Positions 58,192-64,000 of a stretch of DNA of 64,000 nt are shown in pieces (position 1 is the first letter of the stretch; every line of letters starts with the position of its first letter). The notes below the pieces were generated by a model that saw only the letters and a list, made by a program, of their open reading frames with translations, had not been told where the DNA came from and did not search any database. The translations under genes were made by a program, and so were the position numbers. This stretch comes from Candidatus Rokuibacteriota bacterium. GTDB taxonomy: Bacteria; Methylomirabilota; Methylomirabilia; Rokubacteriales; CSP1-6. The stretch is from the NCBI GenBank assembly GCA_016866775.1, contig VGLJ01000022.1, positions 480-64,479 of the forward strand, read 5' to 3'.

Positions 58192-58933
58192 CGTCGTCCT
58201 CGAGGTCGACCGGGTGCGGAAGTCGTTCGGCGGCGTGCACGCGGTCGACGACGTCTCGTTCGCGCTCCCCGCGGGCGAGATCCGCGCGCTGATCGGCCCG
58301 AACGGCGCGGGCAAGACGACGCTCTTCAACATCCTCACGGGGCAGCTCCCGGCCGACGCGGGCTCGGTCCGCTTTCGGGGACGCCCGATCGACGGCCTGG
58401 CCCCGTGGGCGATCTGGCGGCTCGGCATCGGCCGGACGTTCCAGATCACCGCCACGTTCGCGACGCTCACGGTCCTCGAGAACGTGCAGGTCGCGCGGCT
58501 CTCGCACGTCAGACGCAGCCGCGCGTTGTTCCGTCCCGCGCGCACGCTCGAGCTCGGACCGGCGACGACGCTGCTCGAGCAGGTGGGGCTCGCGGACCAG
58601 CGGTCGCGTGCCGCCGGCGTCCTGGCCTACGGCGATCTCAAGAAGCTCGAGCTCGCCATCGCGCTCGCGCACGACCCGACGCTGCTCCTGCTCGACGAGC
58701 CGACCGCCGGCATGGCGCCCGCCGAGCGCGGCGCGCTGATGGCGCTCACCGCGCGCATCGCGCGCGCGCGCGGCCTCACCGTGCTCTTCACCGAGCACGA
58801 CATGGACGTGGTCTTCGCGACGGCCGACCGGATCATGGTGCTCCACCAGGGACGATTGATCGCGGAGGGCACGCCCGATCACGTGCGCGCGCACCGCGAG
58901 GTGCAGGCCGTCTATCTCGGAGACGCCGTGTGA
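58184..58933 (+). CDS. livG: ABC transporter ATP-binding protein (LivG-like)
   Basis: Walker [10 protein letters not shown], signature [10 protein letters not shown], Walker B LLLLDEP. Confidence 0.85.
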   Translation: MADVVLEVDRVRKSFGGVHAVDDVSFALPAGEIRALIGPNGAGKTTLFNILTGQLPADAGSVRFRGRPIDGLAPWAIWRLGIGRTFQITATFATLTVLENVQVARLSHVRRSRALFRPARTLELGPATTLLEQVGLADQRSRAAGVLAYGDLKKLELAIALAHDPTLLLLDEPTAGMAPAERGALMALTARIARARGLTVLFTEHDMDVVFATADRIMVLHQGRLIAEGTPDHVRAHREVQAVYLGDAV

Positions 58934-59886
58934 GGGGGCGTGCGCTCGCGCTCGTCGTCGCCGCGTGGCCGCTCGCGGTGCTCGCCGGACACGGTGACAT
59001 GCCGGTGATTGCCACGCAGCCGATGAGCTTCGCGAGCTCGACGCCGACCGAAGCGCAGTTCCTCGCCGGCAACGCGGGCACGCCGGCCACCATCGGCGGT
59101 GAGCTTCTCACGCCCGTCACCGCGGCCCGGTTGCCCGTGGTCGTGCTCGTCCACGGCGAGACCGGCCTCGCCCCGAACGTCCGTCATTGGGCCGAGGCCC
59201 TGAACGGCATGGGGCTCGGCGTCTTCCTCCTTGACAGCTTCAACGGCCGCGGGATCTCCGAGACGTCGACGGACCTCGCCCGGCTCTCGCACGCCGCGGC
59301 GCTCGTCGACGCCTATCGCGTGCTGGGCCTGCTCGCCGCGCATCCGCGCATCGACGGCCGCCGCATCGCCGTGATGGGCTTCTCGAAAGGCGGCTGGGCG
59401 GCGCTGTACGCGAGCGCGAGGCGCTTTCAACGCCTGCACGGCCCGAAGGGCGCGGAGTTCGCCGCGCACCTCGCGTTCTATCCGCCCTGCTCGACGACGT
59501 ATCGCGAGGACGACCAGGTGCATCCGCGTCCGATTCGTGTCGTCCACGGAACGGCCGACGACTGGCATTCGATCGCCCCGTGCCGCCAGTACGTGACGCG
59601 ACTCAAGCGCGCGGGGGCCGATGCCGCGATGATCGAGCTCAACGGCGCGCGCCACTTCTTCGACCTCCCGGACCTCGCGCCATCACTCAGGCTGCCGGGC
59701 GTGCAGCGCATGAGCTGTCTCGCCGAAGAGCGCGCGAACGGGGTCGTGAACCGCGCGACCGGACGGTCGCCGACGCGCGAGGACTGCGTGCGGCTCGGCG
59801 TCACGATCGGGCACGACGCGCGCGCGTACGAAGAGGCGCTGCGCCGGGTGAAGGAGACGCTGGTGGCCGCGCTCGGAGGCGGGTAG
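58930..59886 (+). CDS. secreted dienelactone-hydrolase-family alpha/beta hydrolase
   Basis: GTG start in GTGA overlap. Signal peptide [19 protein letters not shown]. Nucleophile elbow GFSKGG. Later HG and DDWH catalytic-region motifs. Confidence 0.6.
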   Translation: MRGRALALVVAAWPLAVLAGHGDMPVIATQPMSFASSTPTEAQFLAGNAGTPATIGGELLTPVTAARLPVVVLVHGETGLAPNVRHWAEALNGMGLGVFLLDSFNGRGISETSTDLARLSHAAALVDAYRVLGLLAAHPRIDGRRIAVMGFSKGGWAALYASARRFQRLHGPKGAEFAAHLAFYPPCSTTYREDDQVHPRPIRVVHGTADDWHSIAPCRQYVTRLKRAGADAAMIELNGARHFFDLPDLAPSLRLPGVQRMSCLAEERANGVVNRATGRSPTREDCVRLGVTIGHDARAYEEALRRVKETLVAALGGG

Positions 59887-59951
59887 ACGTGCGCCGGGGT
59901 GACGGCACTCGCGGAGGGCGACGGCTTCGCCGTCGTCCGGAGCGCGGGGGG

Positions 59952-59982
59952 CATGGGGGGCCGCCAGAGGCGGCCCCCCATG
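59952..59982. repeat. perfect 31-nt palindrome/hairpin related to the family-1 left arm
   Basis: CATGGGGGGCCGCC-AGA-GGCGGCCCCCCATG between the hydrolase gene and livF. It shares the CATGGGGGG...CCCCCC architecture of family 1 but lacks the second half. Confidence 0.7.
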
Positions 59983-59990
59983 TGAATTGA

Positions 59991-60683
59991 TTGCTGGAGC
60001 TGCGCGACGTCCACGCCGTGTACGGCCGCAGTCACGTGCTGCACGGCATCAGTCTCACCGCGCGCGCCGGCGAGGTCGTCTCGCTCCTCGGCCGCAACGG
60101 CGCGGGCAAGTCGACCACGCTCAAGGCGATCGTGGGGCTCGTCGAGGTCACGCGCGGCACCATCACGCTCGGCGAGCGGTCGCTGCGCGGGCTGCCGACG
60201 CACGCGATCAGCCGCGCCGGGATCGGGTGGGTGCCGGAAGACCGGCGGATCTTCGGCGATCTGACGGTGCGGGAGAACCTCCTCGTCGGCGAGGCCGGCG
60301 CGCGGCGCTGGTCGCTCGATCGTCTCTACGCGCTCTTTCCGCAGCTGCGGGCGCTCGCCGGCCAGCCCGGGGGCAGCCTCTCCGGCGGCGAGCAGCAGAT
60401 GCTCACGATCGCCCGGACCCTCATGACGAGCCCGCGGCTGCTGCTGCTCGACGAGCCCTCCGAGGGCCTGGCGCCCGTCGTGGTGAAGGCGCTCGCCGAG
60501 AACATCGCCACCCTCAAGCGCGAAGGCCTCACGATCCTGCTCTCCGAGCAGAACCTCGCGTTCGCGCGCCGTCTCGCCGACCGCGCGTACATCATCGAGA
60601 AGGGCGAGATCAAGTTCGAGGGCCCGTTCGCGACGCTCGACGCGCAGCCGGAGATCCGTCGCGCGTACCTCAGCGTGGGCTGA
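59991..60683 (+). CDS. livF: ABC transporter ATP-binding protein (LivF-like)
   Basis: TTG start (track). Walker A GRNGAGKST, signature LSGGEQQML, Walker B LLLLDEPSEG. Confidence 0.8.
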   Translation: MLELRDVHAVYGRSHVLHGISLTARAGEVVSLLGRNGAGKSTTLKAIVGLVEVTRGTITLGERSLRGLPTHAISRAGIGWVPEDRRIFGDLTVRENLLVGEAGARRWSLDRLYALFPQLRALAGQPGGSLSGGEQQMLTIARTLMTSPRLLLLDEPSEGLAPVVVKALAENIATLKREGLTILLSEQNLAFARRLADRAYIIEKGEIKFEGPFATLDAQPEIRRAYLSVG

Positions 60684-60689
60684 GGTACG

Positions 60690-61874
60690 ATGCCGGCGAT
60701 GAAGACGCTCATCCGGAACATCGGCCAGCTCGTCAGCGGCGACATCGCGAAGCCGCGGCTCGGCGCGGACTCGATCGTCGTCGTGGACGGGCGCATCGCG
60801 GCGGTCGGCGGGCAGCTCGACGACGACGCGGACGTCGTGATCGACGCGCACGGCACCACCGTGATGCCCGGCCTGATCGACTCGCACGTGCACCCGGTGT
60901 TCGGCGACTTCACGCCGCGCCAGCGCACCGTCGACTTCATCGACTCCGCGATGAACGGCGGCGTCACCACCGCGATCTCGGCGGGGGAGGTGCATCTGCC
61001 CGGCCGGCCGAAGGACATCGTGGGCCTGAAGGCGCTCGCGATCGTGGCCGCGAAGAGCTACGAGCACTTCCGCCCGGGCGGCGTGAAGGTCCACGCCGGC
61101 GCGCCGATCCTCGAGCTCGGCATGACCGAGGCGGATTTCGCCGAGATGGCGGCCGCGGGCGTGAAGCTCGTGGGCGAGATCGGCCTCGGCTCGGTGAAGA
61201 CCGGTGCGGACGCCGCGCCGATGGTGAGGTGGGCGAAGCAGCACGGCATGACGGTCACCATCCACACCGGCGGCCCGTCGATCGCGGGCTCGAGCGCGAT
61301 CAACGCGGACGTCGTGCTCGAGGCCGATCCGCACGTCGTCGGCCACATCAACGGCGGGACGACGTCGTTGCCGCCGCGGGAGATCGAACGCCTCGTGGCG
61401 ACCGAGATGGCGCTGGAGATCGTGCAGTGCGGGAACGTGAAGACCGCGCTGCACACGCTGCGGGTGGCGGGTGACGCGCGCGCGCTCCACCGGCTGATCA
61501 TCGGCAACGACGCGCCGTCGGGCACCGGCGTGATCCCGCTCGGCGTGCTCCGCACGCTGAGCCTGCTCGCGGCGGTCGGCGAGCTCGATCCCGCGGAAGC
61601 GATCGCGTGCGCGACGGGCAACACCGCGCGCGTCTACGACCTCGACACGGGCGTGATCGCGGAAGGCCGCGCGGCCGATCTCGTCATCTGCGACGCGCCG
61701 GCGGGCGGCATCGCGCGCGACGCGCTCGGCGCGCTCTCGGCGGGCGACCTGCCCGGGATCTCGATGGTGCTGATCGACGGGACGATCACGATCGGCCGCA
61801 GCCGCAACACGCCCCCGGCCGCGCACGCGGCCGAGGTCGTGAAGGGCGCCGGCCCGTCGCAGGGAGGCCACTGA
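60690..61874 (+). CDS. amidohydrolase-superfamily protein (enamidase-like, Amidohydro_1)
   Basis: N-terminal beta-sandwich (IVVVDGRIAAVGG), metal-binding DSHVHPVF, and a downstream HTGG / His region; 394 aa. Confidence 0.65.
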   Translation: MPAMKTLIRNIGQLVSGDIAKPRLGADSIVVVDGRIAAVGGQLDDDADVVIDAHGTTVMPGLIDSHVHPVFGDFTPRQRTVDFIDSAMNGGVTTAISAGEVHLPGRPKDIVGLKALAIVAAKSYEHFRPGGVKVHAGAPILELGMTEADFAEMAAAGVKLVGEIGLGSVKTGADAAPMVRWAKQHGMTVTIHTGGPSIAGSSAINADVVLEADPHVVGHINGGTTSLPPREIERLVATEMALEIVQCGNVKTALHTLRVAGDARALHRLIIGNDAPSGTGVIPLGVLRTLSLLAAVGELDPAEAIACATGNTARVYDLDTGVIAEGRAADLVICDAPAGGIARDALGALSAGDLPGISMVLIDGTITIGRSRNTPPAAHAAEVVKGAGPSQGGH

Positions 61875-62275
61875 TGGCGAGCCCGACTCGGAAGAAGGCG
61901 AGCAATCCGCCGGGGGTGCCGGCGCCGATCCGCGGGTACTACTCCAATGTCGTGCGCGTCTCCTCGGGACCGCTGCTGTTCGTCGCGGGCCAGGTCGGGA
62001 TGGACGCGCGGGGCACGGTGCCGAAGGACGCGGCGGCGCAGGCCGAGCTGGCGCTGAAGAACATCGAGACGATCCTCGCCGCCGAAGGCGCGACGCTCGC
62101 CGACGTGGTGAAGGTGACGGTCTACGTCACGGACATGAAGTACCTCGACGAGATCACGCCCGCGCGACTGAAGGCGTTTCCGAAGGACGGGCCCGCGAGC
62201 GCCATCGTGCAGGTGGGCGCGCTCGCGCTCCCCGAGCTCAAGGTGGAGATCGAGGCGGTGGCCGTCGCGCCGTGA
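61871..62275 (+). CDS. RidA-family deaminase (second copy in the window)
   Basis: 134 aa. PAPIRGYYSNVVRVSSGPLLFVAGQ and a C-terminal ELKVEIEAVAV. TGATG coupling upstream and GTGA coupling downstream. Confidence 0.75.
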   Translation: MMASPTRKKASNPPGVPAPIRGYYSNVVRVSSGPLLFVAGQVGMDARGTVPKDAAAQAELALKNIETILAAEGATLADVVKVTVYVTDMKYLDEITPARLKAFPKDGPASAIVQVGALALPELKVEIEAVAVAP

Positions 62276-63540
62276 AGATCCGCGCGTTCCGCGGGTATCG
62301 CTACGGCATCGGGCGTGTCGCTGACGTGTCGCGTGTGGTCGCGCCGCCGTACGACCAGATCAGCCCCGAGATGCGGCACCAGCTCCACGCGATGGACCCG
62401 CACAACATCGTCCGCCTCACCCTGCCGTTGAACATGGGGGCCCCACAACTGAAGGACCCCCAAACCCCCTCCGAGCCCGACTACTCGCGCGCGAAGCAGG
62501 TTCTCGATCGGTGGCTCGCCGAGGGCGTGTGGGCGCGGGAGGAGCGGCCGGCGATCTACGCGTATCACCAGACGTACACGGTCGGCGGCACGACGATCAC
62601 GCGCATGGGCTTCGTGGCCCTGGGCGAGGTGACGCCATACGCATCAGGTGAAGTCCTGCCGCACGAGCGCACCCACGCCGGGCCGAAGCGCGACCGGCTC
62701 GCGCTGCTCGAGGCGACCGGCACCGACATCGGCCTGCTGTTCATGCTGGTGGAGGATGCCGCGGGTCGGCTCGTGCGCCTCATCGATCCGGGCGGCACGC
62801 CGACCGCCGAGGCGCGTGACCTGAAGGGCGAGCGCCACGCGCTGTGGCGGATCACCGACGAGGCGACGATCGCCGAGGTCGCGCGGCACCTCGCCGAGCG
62901 CCCGGTCATCATCGCCGACGGCCATCATCGCTACGAGACCGCGGTGGACTACGCGACGCGGAATCCGGCGGCGCGCGAGAAGCTGATCGCGTTCTTTCCG
63001 CTCGAAGGCCCGGGGCTCACGATCCTGCCGAACCACCGGCTCGTCCACACCGTGCACGACTTCGGCGTCGAGCGATTCCTCGCGGGTGCGGCCGCGTGGT
63101 TCGACGTGGCGCCGCTCGCCGATCCGCTGACGTTCCGGCCGGACAATCGCCGCCTCGCGGTCGTCGCGGGCGAGCACGCGGCGGTGCTGGCGCTGCGCGA
63201 CGACGCCTTCGCGCGCATCGCGTGGCCGGCGGGCACGTCGGCGGCGTGGCGCGGGCTGGCGGTCTCGATCCTTCACGAAGGGCTCCTCCGCCCGCTGCTC
63301 GACATCACCGACGAGAAGCTCGACGCGAAGACGCACGTCGAGTACACCGCCGATCAGGCCGAGGCGGTGCGGCTCGCGCGCGAGCGCAAGTTCCAGGCGG
63401 CGTTCCTCGTCGCGCCGACGACGCCGGCGGAGCTGCGGGCCGTCGTGCGCGGCGGCGAGCTGATGCCCCAGAAGTCGACGCACTTCTACCCGAAGCTCCT
63501 CGACGGCCTGGTCTTCCACCGCCTCGGCGACGCGGCATGA
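62272..63540 (+). CDS. DUF1015-family protein carrying an in-frame repeat insertion
   Basis: GTG start. VAPPYDQIS near the N-terminus and the IIADGHHRYETA motif. A ~15-codon segment (LNMGAPQLKDPQTPS) is encoded by family-2 repeat copy 2. Confidence 0.65.
   Translation: MKIRAFRGYRYGIGRVADVSRVVAPPYDQISPEMRHQLHAMDPHNIVRLTLPLNMGAPQLKDPQTPSEPDYSRAKQVLDRWLAEGVWAREERPAIYAYHQTYTVGGTTITRMGFVALGEVTPYASGEVLPHERTHAGPKRDRLALLEATGTDIGLLFMLVEDAAGRLVRLIDPGGTPTAEARDLKGERHALWRITDEATIAEVARHLAERPVIIADGHHRYETAVDYATRNPAAREKLIAFFPLEGPGLTILPNHRLVHTVHDFGVERFLAGAAAWFDVAPLADPLTFRPDNRRLAVVAGEHAAVLALRDDAFARIAWPAGTSAAWRGLAVSILHEGLLRPLLDITDEKLDAKTHVEYTADQAEAVRLARERKFQAAFLVAPTTPAELRAVVRGGELMPQKSTHFYPKLLDGLVFHRLGDAA
62428..62472. 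repeat. GC-rich repeat, family 2, copy 2, inside the DUF1015 reading frame
   Basis: TTGAACATGGGGGCCCCACAACTGAAGGACCCCCAAACCCCCTCC, about 90% identical to 18591-18640. Confidence 0.75.
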
Positions 63541-64000
63541 GAGTGATCGGTGTCGACCTCGCGTGGGGCACACGCGCGTGCTCGGGCGTTTGCGTGGTGG
63601 AGGACGGGCGCGTGCTCGACTCCGCGTGCCTGCGGTCCGACGACGAGATCGTCCGGTGGATCCGGCCATGGGACGCGGGTGAGCTCCTCGTCGCGTTCGA
63701 CGCGCCCCTGATCGTGCGCAACCGCACGGGACGCCGCGCGTGCGAGAATGTGATGGCCTCGGCCTTCGCCGCCGAGCGTGCGGTGCCCTTTCCGGCGAAC
63801 CTCGCGCTGTTGAGGAACGACGTGCGCGCGGCGCGCCTCGCGCGGCGCCTCCGTCTCGGTATGGCGCCCGACGCGCTCACGCGCGCGCCCGTCCGCGCGG
63901 CGATCGAAGTCTTCCCGCATCCGGCGCTCGTCGTCTTCCTCGGCCGCTCGGAGCGATTGCCGTACAAGGCAAAGCCCGGCCGCTCGCGGGCGGTGCGTCG
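63537..64000 (+). CDS. DUF429-family (predicted RNase H-like) protein; 3' end cut by the window edge
   Basis: MRVIGVDLAWG...LVAFDAPLIVRN, typical of DUF429. ATGA overlap with the DUF1015 stop. The frame is open to the end of the window. Confidence 0.55.
   Translation, partial: MRVIGVDLAWGTRACSGVCVVEDGRVLDSACLRSDDEIVRWIRPWDAGELLVAFDAPLIVRNRTGRRACENVMASAFAAERAVPFPANLALLRNDVRAARLARRLRLGMAPDALTRAPVRAAIEVFPHPALVVFLGRSERLPYKAKPGRSRAVR

Overview
This is a ~70% GC bacterial chromosomal window, densely packed with genes. Many co-directional genes are joined by ATGA/GTGA/TGATG stop-start overlaps, so it reads as a series of compact operons. Sigma-54 machinery, F420-type enzymes, a SARP/AfsR-like regulator and a frequently broken assembly are consistent with an uncultured soil-type bacterium, possibly assembled from a metagenome. 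I cannot assign a phylum. No rRNA, tRNA, CRISPR array, transposase or prophage gene was recognised. The main content, in order, is as follows. A + strand six-gene operon: RmlD-like reductase, GT2 glycosyltransferase, DapF, LOG, a hypothetical protein and a bPH_2 protein. A PolX DNA polymerase. A ~1,210-aa multi-GAF/PAS hybrid histidine kinase. A frame-disrupted membrane-fusion/RND efflux pair preceded by a coupled 80-aa protein. A frame-disrupted sigma-54 activator, and a PPi-type phosphofructokinase with an internal TAG. A ~15 kb minus-strand operon (22.7-37.6 kb) that combines an FdrA/DUF1116/DUF2877 (AllFGH-like) module plus carbamate kinase, a DUF1989 protein, an isochorismatase-like hydrolase, and a chimeric secreted collagen-like/FdrA-C-terminal ORF, with an SDR, a crotonyl-CoA carboxylase/reductase-like enzyme, an HExxH lipoprotein, an LLM oxidoreductase, a nitronate monooxygenase, an acyl-CoA synthetase, a secreted amidohydrolase and a HicB-like mini-gene. 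After that come a Rieske ferredoxin, a frame-disrupted AfsR/SARP-like STAND regulator, an arsenic module (aquaporin, ArsC, MFS), an aromatic/F420-enzyme string including LigAB, a second GAF hybrid kinase, a GntR-controlled Liv-type ABC operon, and an amidohydrolase-RidA-DUF1015-DUF429 operon. Three small GC-rich hairpin-repeat families sit at gene junctions or inside reading frames. The 14-22.5 kb region and one other gene carry at least 8 frame or stop disruptions.
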